Below the pieces are notes generated by a model. It was not told the origin of the DNA. It did not search any database and was given only the letters and a program-made list of their open reading frames with translations. Positions 37,727 through 47,749 of a DNA stretch of 64,000 nt are shown one piece after another. The position numbers were made by a program, and so were the translations under genes. This DNA is from Octopus sinensis. Taxonomy: Eukaryota. The DNA lies in contig NC_043016.1 in the NCBI RefSeq assembly GCF_006345805.1, forward strand, positions 21,514,001 to 21,578,000, in the 5' to 3' direction. Position 1 is the first letter of the stretch. Each line of letters starts with the position of its first letter.

Positions 37727-37942
37727 TATGAGGAGGCGAGTTGGCAGAATCATTAGCATGCTGGATGAAAAGCTTAGCAGTATTTTGCCTGTCGCTGCAT
37801 TGTGAGTTCAAATTCTACAGAGGTCAACTTTGCTTTTAATCCTTTCAGGGTTGATAAAAAAGTACCAGCTGAACACTGTGGTCGATGTAATCGACTTATC
37901 TCCTCCCCCAGAACTGCTGCCCTTGTGGCAAAATTTGAAACC
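37727..37942 (+). mobile_element. tRNA-derived SINE (second family) with 16-bp target-site duplication
   Basis: ATATTACATAACAGAA flanks both sides (37711-37726 and 37943-37958); B-box-like GAGTTCAAATTC; central TTTGCTTTTAATCCTTTCAGGGTTGATAA. Confidence 0.9.
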
Positions 37943-38774
37943 ATATTACATAACAGAACAATATATGTATATATATTACATAATAGAACAAAATAATGAG
38001 ACCACTTCATCCACTATCATTGCATAATAAACACACACACCACACACACGCATGCACACACACACACACACATACACATATATATATGCAAAAACGTACA
38101 CAACTTCTCTTTTTTATATATTTCTGGAGAAATCTTTTGATAAGATATGTTTCATTTATTAAACTAAAAAAAAAGTTAGATATATATAAAACTGAGAGAT
38201 GTTTTTAAATTTGTAACTAAGATATAAAAATGACTTTGCATAAAGTGCTCCCCTAAGAGGCCATCATGAAAAGGTCAATAACTTTTTACTATAATCGTTC
38301 TTGTTGGTTTCACTAGACTGAATAATGCAATCTCAATAAAAAGTTATTTCATTATATTCCTTAGAACATTTTTGTTTTCATTGGAAATAGTATATAATTT
38401 TTCATATTTTAATTTTATACACAGCTAGTGAAATAAATGAAAAAAAAACTATAAAAAAATTTTTTTAAACCAGTTCAGAGACTGTACTAGTATTTTCAGT
38501 AGATTCAAGAAGGAATCTAGTTACCTTTATTTCATCTTCATCTATGAAACCACCATGAATGAATTCAAGCTCAAATATCTCTGAAAGTTTTTCTAAACAT
38601 TAATGACTTGGTTCCCTTTACAATGTCAATTAGAGATGTTTAGGGAGAACTCTGAAAGTTGTCTTTGCTATAAATGACAATATGAAAGAGGGACAACTTG
38701 AAATATGCTGTGTCAAGATATTTACTATATTGAAATACCAGTATTAAAGTGATAACATTATCATCAAAAGTATT

Positions 38775-39771
38775 TGTAGGGTTAAACGTCCATACGTAAG
38801 GAGTTGGTGACAAATGTCTCCCTTTTGACGCCACACGGTCACTCCCTAACATAATAAGAAGCCAAATACATGGATATAAGATACAGTGCCAACAGAATAA
38901 ATGAAGGACGACAAAACTGTTCTACTGTTTGAGAGAGAAGAAAACATTATTCACAATGTTTACAGAGAGAGAGTGTGTGAGTGCTAGCGAGGTGTTGTGT
39001 ATGTGCGCATGCGACAAGTGTCTGTGTTTGTGTGTTCGTGTGTGCAACAGAAGGTACAGACAAAGGTGTATGCATTTAACAGAAATACAGAGCATAAGAT
39101 AAGTTCTCAGCATATTGAGTTAAGATGGAATTAGTTTACCAGTTCATGAGGTACACAATAGTAAGTTCTATAACAAGATGATGGGGGTCTCGAGGCGGAG
39201 GCCAGTTGAGCGTATATGCAGCGGTTGGAGCCTCAATGCCGAGCCGAGTCTCTTGATATAGATATTTCTTTCAGATATACTGCAACTGTTTTTCTGTGGT
39301 GAAAGATTCACAACAGCGTGAGTTAAACTTGGTCGGTGTTGATGTGTACATGTTGAAGTCAACGGCAGAGATGGAGAACATCCTGTTGTGGGTGTACATT
39401 AGCGTCGTTGTAGCTGAAGCAGGAGCATAGCTGGCAGGCTGGTCGTCTGTAGTTGGAACTGGAACATAGCTGAGTAGCTCTGTGGTCAGTGACTAGACCT
39501 TAAAAGGTCTGGAGTTGAAAGTCCAAGAATAGTGAAAGCAAGCTTATTTAAGGAGTTAAACTGGCTCAAAGAAGGACATCTTATCCGAAGGCCGTGATTG
39601 GTTGGCTTTACACTCTGGCGCGAAATAAGTAGGGAGACAGACCGCGCTAGATGCCAACCAATCAGATCAGTGGACACAACAGGATCAAACTAGCCAAAGA
39701 TGATTGTAACCTCAAACAAGATCACTCTCATTGTGTCTCTCAAACAGTGAGGATATCAGATACACTACACA
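38775..39771 (-). mobile_element. Possible solo LTR
   Basis: About 1 kb of CpG-richer non-coding sequence with TGT...ACA termini; flanks GTATT / TTATT (4 of 5 match); CCAAT-like boxes near the 5' end. Confidence 0.45.
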
Positions 39772-39919
39772 TTATTTAATGGAATCTAGCATTATGCTTG
39801 TAATGTGTATTTTGACTACTTTTCTTCAAAGAAAATATTTAGCTATAAAATAATATATAAATTAATGATTGTTTAGAAATTATTTTAAAATATTGCATTT
39901 CTTTTAAATTTTAACACAG

Positions 39920-39994
39920 GATGTAGATGAATATTTCCAGAAAACTCGTGACTGGGCTAACAACTATACTGCTTTAATGAAAGAGACATCAGAG
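39920..39994 (+). CDS. Sorting nexin exon: start of BAR domain
   Basis: ttaacacag|GAT...GAG|gtaagt; 75 nt, phase 0-0; DVDEYFQKTRDWANNYTALMKETSE resembles the SNX5/6 DVDDFFE motif. Confidence 0.88.
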
Positions 39995-40212
39995 GTAAGT
40001 AAGCTTTTCTAATATTGTAATTTTGTCAAATTTCTATGATATCAAGTGTTTAGTATCTTTCACTCTAGCTGTACATGATAATATACAATCTATATACTCT
40101 ATGCATATTTAGCAATGTTCTCACATCCTGTTAGAACTACAACTCTACATGATTTCTTACTAACTAAAAAGTAGCAATTGTACCAAGTTAATTTTTGTGT
40201 GCTGGTTTCAAC

Positions 40213-40575
40213 ATCATTATCATCATCATCATTGTTTAATGTCCGCTTTCCATGCTAGCATGGGTTGGACGATTTGACAGGACTGGCGAACCAGATGGCT
40301 GCACTAGGCTTCTGTCTGATCTTGCAGAGTTTCTACAGCTGGATGCCCTTCCTAATGCCAACCACTCCAAGAGTGTAGTGGGTGCTTTTATGTGCCACTG
40401 GCATGAGGGCCATTCAGGCGGTACTGGCAACATTCACGCTCAAATGGTGTTTTTTACATGCCACCTGCACAGGAGCTTGTCCTGTGGCACTGGCAACGAC
40501 CTCACTCGAATGTTTTTTCACATGCCACCAGCACAAGTGCCAGTAAGGTGATGCTAGTAACAATCATGCTCGAAA
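40213..40575 (-). mobile_element. RTE-tail retroposon copy with three ~65-bp modules
   Basis: (CAT)n tail and GTCCGCTTTCCATGCTAGCATGGGTTGGAC; modules near 40380, 40445 and 40509. Confidence 0.85.
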
Positions 40576-41782
40576 TTTTGTCAAATCTTGACTAGGTTAT
40601 ATTTTGCTACACAATCTTTATGGAATGTACACCACTAATTACTCCAAATATGACATAGGTAATCTGTATCATCAACAGCCTTTTTGTCCAATGCAAGGGT
40701 CCTCTGTAACTCTCCTCCTCTGCCTAAATAGGTTTTCTCTAGTACTAATGGAAAGTTGTATAAGATATTAATACAACTATTGTTGTATAATAATCAAAAT
40801 TTGGGTGACTGAAATGTCTGAACATCCATCAATTGTGATTTTTCATGAAATATTATTCTATCCTGAATAGCATACAAAAGTTTTGTTCTTTACATTGACA
40901 ATTACTTTTAGAAATGTTTTCTTGTATATCATGAGATGATGACCAAAATTTTCAAAAGGATGGTACATTCAACAAAATAGTCAGAAATAAGCAGTTCGCT
41001 TCTGGCTGTTTGTTCAGCCTCCATTGACTTCTTTTCTGGGAGTAATTGAGAAATGTCAACATTTGATTCAACCACATCATAGCATCTCTTATGCTTGACA
41101 AAAATTTTATTTCATTAGCATGGATTTATTTGTATTTCTAAAAATCATGGAGATGTTTTTTTTATATTAGACCAATGAACACAGCTATATATACCTATAC
41201 CCCTGGAAAAAATACATATGACACTACTAGACATACCACATATCCCATATCACACACCCCATCCCTGCAGGGACACCACAGTAATAATACATACTTTCCC
41301 CACTTCAAGATAACTCTTGCCAACTTCAGATCATACCCAATCAAGTGACATAACTCCTAACCCAATCCCCTGGACCCTTTTCGTTTCACCACTTTTTTCA
41401 CAGCAGCTGCTGACTGATTGTTCTAATCCACCTCTGACAATAGAAAGCAGTTGCCATATTCCCTTCTATATGGGCTGTATGTGATGAGTGTAAAGTTATA
41501 TAATCGGATTGTAACCTAACACTCCATTGTATTCTTTGCGCAAAACCACTTGGTAAGATCAGCCATGATGGATACTTAATATTATAAAATTCAGATAATA
41601 TACCCACTTTACGACAGATATATGAGTGTATCTTCTCCCTGACTTACGGTCTCTTAGACGACTCCTACATACATACATATATATATATAGATATATATAT
41701 ATATATATATATATATATCTATATATAATTATGGTGAATTGAAGAAATGGAGCTGAACGCAGATTGAACAGAAATCGTTTTA

Positions 41783-41872
41783 TTTCATTCTACACGTGTT
41801 TCGAAAGGCACAAATTACCAAAATCCGATTGAATAATGGGACCATATTGTGTCTTTCTCTTCAGGAAGAAAA
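41783..41872 (-). ncRNA. Type I hammerhead ribozyme (left arm)
   Basis: Reverse complement of the motif at 42766-42855. Confidence 0.85.
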
Positions 41873-42765
41873 TAGGAACCGTTGGAAAAACAAAAACAGA
41901 ACAGAGGCGGAGCAAAAACAAATCGAACTATGCTCCTAAGAGCCCATGGCGAAACTGTTTATCAGTGTATGTTGAGAACCGGTGGCTGAAGAATTTAACG
42001 GGTCAGGCATCGGTCAATCATGTGGGTGAGGGTGTGTGGGTGTTCTTTGTGACCGAGAATAAAGTGCAACCTTTGTGTCTCCGAACTCTTCCATATTTTG
42101 TTTGCCAGAGGCCGGATGGCAAACGGGCTTTTACAGTCGGCTTTTCGATGCCCCCATTGGCGGCATTACACTTATCTGGCTTTTAAATAGCGTTTATAAA
42201 TAATACCGGCACCCATAGCCCTTGGTAACAAATCTGAAATAGCCTTTAAGATATCTACGATTAACCACTGCAAGGGGAATTACTCTGTTAGACAAACGGG
42301 GCTTGGTTTTTTCACAGCGGGGGGTTTCCTTGACAAGGCAGGCTTAGATGAACACACACACACATAAAACATAATATATTTTTTTTTCTGCCACCCAACG
42401 GTTCTCGCGGCAGTAGCCACTGACAGCCGAACGATCAAACGCACACACGTACACAAAAAATGTTTTCTACCCCTACGCCAACACACACATATATAGAACA
42501 GTATACACACACGTCTCTAAGTAGATTTTTTCTCGCCCCTTATAAAACATCCAATTCCTTAAATAGTCAGAACTTTATTCTCGGTCACAAAGAACACCCA
42601 CACCCCTCACCCACATGATTGACCGATGCCTGACCCGTTAAATTCTTCAGCCACCGGTTCTCAACATACACTGATAAACAGTTTCGCCATGGGCTCTTAG
42701 GAGCATAGTTCGATTTGTTTTTGCTCCGCCTCTGTTCTGTTTTTGTTTTTCCAACGGATTTCCTA

Positions 42766-42855
42766 TTTTCTTCCTGAAGAGAAAGACACAATATGGTCCC
42801 ATTATTCAATCGGATTTTGGTAATTTGTGCCTTTCGAAACACGTGTAGAATGAAA
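42766..42855 (+). ncRNA. Type I hammerhead ribozyme (right arm)
   Basis: TTTTCTTC-CTGAAGA-GAAAGACACAA...TTGTGCCTTTC-GAAAC-ACGT-GTA|GAATGAAA; palindromic ACACGTGT helix III; predicted cut after 42847. Confidence 0.85.
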
Positions 42856-43062
42856 TAAAACGATTTCTGTTCAATCTGCGTTCAGCTCCATTTCTTCAAT
42901 TCACCAAATATTTTAATTTCAATTATCCGCACCAACGCACGGTTGCAACACCATATGGTTGTACCTCCAACCGTGCTGTTTACTGCTGTGATTTTTGCTA
43001 CTAAGGTATCGGTTAACTTTTGATTAATCTACTACAAGATTATTCATCTTTCTATTTCACAT

Positions 43063-43117
<55 letters not shown>

Positions 43118-43517
43118 TACATACAGATATACTGATAATAGGCCAGTTACTATGGCATTTCTCCTGAGATAACATTTCTTGGATGTACAGTGTTAAAAAC
43201 AACAAATCAGAGGCAGACAAAAATGTGTTCCAGCAGTAGCAGGTATGAAAATACTCAGATTATAAACTATCTTCAAAATATAAATCCAGAAATTCATTTA
43301 GATGTTGGAAAACACAGATCTGGGGTTAAAACCCAGGTGGCAGCCCTGATTGAGATTAGTAACAAAGCAATATGTATATATATTACATAATAGAACAAAA
43401 TAATGAGACCACTTCATCCACTATCATTGCATAATAAACACACACACACACACCACACACACACACACACATATCATTATCATCATCATTTTTCACTTTC
43501 AACTACTGATCATACCT

Positions 43518-43554
<37 letters not shown>

Positions 43555-44040
43555 CTCTCTCTCTCTGTATAAATATCATCATTATTTTTCCTTCATCATC
43601 ATTATTTTAACATCCACCTTGCTTTGTCTGCATGGGTTAGACAGAATTCTTTGTGATAGATTTTTTCTATGACAAGATAGCTTTCCTTTTGCCAACGTTT
43701 ACCTGTTTCCAAGTAATATTCTCTATGGTCAGATGTGTTTTTCATGAAAATGAACAACACTGCTTGTATGACACTGACACTCATTTATAACTATCTTGTG
43801 ATGTCAAAATAAGGTGGCATTAACACACACACACGTCTGCACACGTAAAGAGACATACACAGCATATATATATATATATAATAATAGTTATCGCCATACT
43901 AATATGGCATTCTTATAAAAATAAGAAAAAAGCTGTCCGCTTATTAGCTCCATGAGGCCATCGCCTTAAGTTAGCTATTTGATACACAAACTGTATCCAT
44001 ATAACCTTCGAACAAGGGAGGTCAGTCGCTCCACACTACA

Positions 44041-45888
44041 GCTACAGACGCGTTTCGGGGTATTGCCCCTTTTCAATGCAGCGTAGCCAGCCAGTAGGTG
44101 TCGCTTCCGACAATCTCTGTTCGATGGTTTTATTTACCTAGTTTCGGTGGAATACATCCACTTGTTTTCAATAATAGAAATATTAAAATAACTAAGTCTC
44201 TCTAAAAGAGAACAGCGGCAGCGTTCCCGGAAAATAATAGTTATCGCCATACTAATATGGCATTCTTATAAAAATAAGAAAAAAGCTGTCCGCTTATTAG
44301 CTCCATGAGGCCATCGCCTTAAGTTAGCTATTTGATACACAAACTGTATCCATATAACCTTCGAACAAGGGAGGTCAGTCGCTCCACACTACTTGACCGG
44401 CAGCTACAGACGCGTTTCGGGGTATTGCCCCTTTTCAATGCAGCGTAGCCAGCCGTAGGTGTCGCTTCCGACAATCTCTGTTCGATGGTTTTATTTACCT
44501 AGTTTCGGTGGAATACATCCACTTGTTTTCAATAATAGAAATATTAAAATAACTAAGTCTCTCTAAAAGAGAACAGCGGCAGCATTCCGGAAAATAATAG
44601 TTATCGCCATACTAATATGGCATTCTTATAAAAATAAGAAAAAAGCTGTCCGCTTATTAGCTCCATGAGGCCATCGCCTTAAGTTAGCTATTTGATACAC
44701 AAACTGTATCCATATAACCTTCGAACAAGGGAGGTCAGTCGCTCCACACTACTTGACCGGCAGCTACAGACGCGTTTCGGGGTATTGCCCCTTTTCAATG
44801 CAGCGTAGCCAGCCAGTAGGTGTCGCTTCCGACAATCTCTGTTCGATGGTTTTATTTACCTAGTTTTGGTGGAATACATCCACTTGTTTTCAATAATAGA
44901 AATATTAAAACAACTAAGTCTCTCTAAAAGAGAACAGCGGCAGCGTTCCCGGAAAATAATAGTTATCGCCATACTAATATGGCATTCTTATAAAAATAAG
45001 AAAAAAGCTGTCCGCTTATTAGCTCCATGAGGCCATCGCCTTAAGTTAGCTATTTGATACACAAACTGTATCCATATAACCTTCGAACAAGGGAGGTCAG
45101 TCGCTCCACACTACTTGACCGGCAGCTACAGACGCGTTTCGGGGTATTGCCCCTTTTCAATGCAGCGTAGCCAGCCAGTAGGTGTCGCTTCCGACAATCT
45201 CTGTTCGATGGTTTTATTTACCTAGTTTCGGTGGAATACATCCACTTGTTTTCAATAATAGAAATATTAAAATAACTAAGTCTCTCTAAAAGAGAACAGC
45301 GGCAGCATTCCCGGAAAATAATAGTTATCGCCATACTAATATGGCATTCTTATAAAAATAAGAAAAAAGCTGTCCGCTTATTAGCTCCATGAGGCCATCG
45401 CCTTAAGTTAGCTATTTGATACAGCAACTGTATCCATATAACCTTCGAACAAGGGAGGTCAGTCGCTCCACACTACTTGACCGGCAGCTACAGACGCGTT
45501 TCGGGGTATTGCCCCTTTTCAATGCAGCGTAGCCAGCCAGTAGGTGTCGCTTCCGACAATCTCTGTTCGATGGTTTTATTTACCTAGTTTCGGTGGAATA
45601 CATCCACTTGTTTTCAATAATAGAATATTAAAACAACTAGTCTCTCTAAAAGAGAACAGCGGCAGCGTTCCCGGAAAATAATAGTTATCGCCATACTAAT
45701 ATGGCATTCTTATAAAAATAAGAAAAAAGCTGTCCGCTTATTAGCTCCATGAGGCCATCGCCTTAAGTTAGCTATTTGATACACAAACTGTATCCATATA
45801 ACCTTCGAACAAGGGAGGTCAGTCGCTCCACACTACTTGACCGGCAGCTACAGACGCGTTTCGGGGTATTGCCCCTTTTCAATGCAGC
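44041..45888 (-). ncRNA. Six type I hammerheads, one per unit (44041-44082, 44403-44444, 44763-44804, 45125-45166, 45487-45528, 45847-45888)
   Basis: Minus strand GCTGCA-TTGAAAA-GGGG-CAATA-CCCC-GAAAC-GC-GTC|TGTAGC in every unit. Confidence 0.88.
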
Positions 45889-46152
45889 GTAGCCAGCCAG
45901 TAGGTGTCGCTTCCGACAATCTCTGTTCGATGGTTTTATTTACCTAGTTTCGGTGGAATACATCCACTTGTTTTCAATAATAGAAATATTAAAATAACTA
46001 AGTCTCTCTAAAAGAGAACAGCGGCAGCGTTCCCGGAAAATAATAGTTATAATATTTCTATTATTGAAAACAAGTGGATGTATTCCACCGAAACTAGGTA
46101 AATAAAACCATCGAACAGAGATTGTCGGAAGCGACACCTACTGGCTGGCTAC

Positions 46153-46555
46153 GCTGCATTGAAAAGGGGCAATACCCCGAAACGCGTCTGTAGCTGCCGG
46201 TCAAGTAGTGTGGAGCGACTGACCTTCCTTGTTCGAAGGTTATATGGATACAGTTTGTGTATCAAATAGCTAACTTAAGGCGATGGCCTCATGGAGCTAA
46301 TAGCGGACAGCTTTTTTCTTATTTTTATAAGAATGCCATATTAGTATGGCGATAACTATTATTTTCCGGGAACGCTGCCGCTGTTCTCTTTTAGAGAGAC
46401 TTAGTTATTTTAATATTTCTATTATTGAAAACAAGTGGATGTATTCCACCGAAACTAGGTAAATAAAACCATCGAACAGAGATTGTCGGAAGCGACACCT
46501 ACTGGCTGGCTACGCTGCATTGAAAAGGGGCAATACCCCGAAACGCGTCTGTAGC
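46153..46555 (+). ncRNA. Two type I hammerheads in the inverted arm (46153-46194, 46514-46555)
   Basis: Same motif on the + strand; predicted cuts after 46188 and 46549, 361 nt apart. Confidence 0.88.
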
Positions 46556-46963
46556 TGCCGGTCAAGTAGTGTGGAGCGACTGACCTCCCTTGTTCGAAGG
46601 TTATATGGATACAGTTTGTGTATCAAATAGTTAACTTAAGGCGATGGCCTCATGGAGCTAATAAGCGGACAGCTTTTTTCTTATTTTTATAAGAATGCCA
46701 TATTAGTATGGCGATAACTATTATTTTCCGGAAACGCTGCCGCTGTTCTCTTTTAGAGAGACTTAGTTATTTTAATATTTCTATTATATATATATATATA
46801 TATGTATATATAATTTTCTTAGAAAAACATAAATCCAGAGAAGAAGCATCTTCGTATATATATATAAAGTTAATCCAAACAGGAAAGCACAAAAACACAC
46901 AACTCGAGGACGTGGAACAAATATAGTATTATTGGACACTCAGGAAAGAAGGAAAGAAGGAGG

Positions 46964-46998
46964 GTTTAACGTTTCGAGTGGAGTTCTTCGTCGGAAAC
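46964..46998 (-). ncRNA. Minimal hammerhead (U4C core) in a PLE pLTR-like repeat (~46810-47040)
   Basis: GTTT-CCGACGA-AGAACTCCACTC-GAAAC-GTT|AAAC; 4-bp helix I, ACGT palindrome, partly decayed helix II. Confidence 0.65.
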
Positions 46999-47085
46999 AT
47001 AGGAGAAGGAAAGATCCAGAGAAAGGAAGACAGAGGGGATGGTTTTTGTTAAGCAGCATTGATTTTTACAATTCTGTAAATAATA

Positions 47086-47443
47086 ATAATAGTATTTTAT
47101 AAGCTAAAAGCTTATAAGAGATCACAACACAATGACTAAAGAAAATAGTGTCATAGTGGGGCATATAAGCCCTTGATGGGAAAAACGTAGGTTTTTCTGT
47201 ACACGTGGGACTCGAACCCACATCTCTTTGTTTTTGCGACAAGTGTGCTAAGCCATTTACACCAACATACAACCATTGGCTAGCATACTTGTCACAAAAA
47301 CAAAGAGGTGTGGGTTTGAGTCCCATGTGTACAGAAAAACCTACTTTTTCTATCAAGGGCTTATATGCCCCATTATTAGACTATTTTGTTTAGTTATTGC
47401 ACAGTGATCGCTTATTAGCTTTAAGCTTATAAAATACTATTAT
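47086..47443. mobile_element. Palindromic element of two head-to-head tRNA-like arms
   Basis: 47086-47255 is the reverse complement of 47277-47443 (21-nt spacer); B-box-like GTGGGTTCGAGTCCCAC on the minus strand of the left arm and GTGGGTTTGAGTCCCAT on the plus strand of the right arm. Confidence 0.85.
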
Positions 47444-47749
47444 ATATATATATATATATATATAAATGTATGTGTATTTTTTCCATGTGTACAAATAACA
47501 CAGAAAAAAAAAAAAAATAGTTACCAGAGTAGCAAAAAATTCACATAAGTACCAAGGATGTTACAGCCTACTTATAAAGATAGAAATTCCAGGGTTTAGT
47601 GAAATGTTTTTGTATAACAGATAAATAAAGAAATGGAGTTAAACGCAGGTGTTATTCAAATCTTTGTACTTCCGAAATATCTTTCGAAGAAAATATTGGT
47701 ATAATAATAGAACATGTAAAAAACTAGAACTAGGAAAGTTTTCTGTTTT

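Larger units (their letters stand above)
41732..42906. mobile_element. Young foldback element: 334-bp inverted arms, each with a hammerhead, around a 506-bp spacer
   Basis: 41732-42065 is the near-perfect reverse complement of 42572-42906; (TA)n on the left flank. Confidence 0.9.
43881..46787. repeat. Retrozyme-like tandem array of ~362-bp hammerhead-containing units in two divergent arms
   Basis: Unit starts (ATAATAGTTATCGCC) at 43881, 44234, 44594, 44956, 45318 and 45678, plus an 11-nt stub at 46040. Inversion at 46050/46051. Inverted units at 46051-46362 and 46363-46724, plus a 63-nt stub to 46787. Units are about 98-99% identical; (TA)n on both sides. Confidence 0.97.

Noticed and set aside
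38477-38590. Open stretch FRDCTSIFSRFKKE as the missing linker exon
   Set aside because: No phase 0 donor before the stop codon.
42120-42180. Second ribozyme in the foldback spacer (ATGCC/GGCAT-CGAAA on the minus strand)
   Set aside because: No CUGAnGA- or UUGAnAA-type strand and no cleavage triplet in register.
43881-46787. CRISPR-like or rDNA-like reading of the regular array
   Set aside because: Units are fully repeated with no unique spacers, and I recognise no rRNA, 5S or snRNA sequence; the context is eukaryotic intron.
47160-47330. True tRNA gene
   Set aside because: B box present, but I could not fold a complete cloverleaf with acceptor stem and anticodon arm; treated as tRNA-derived.
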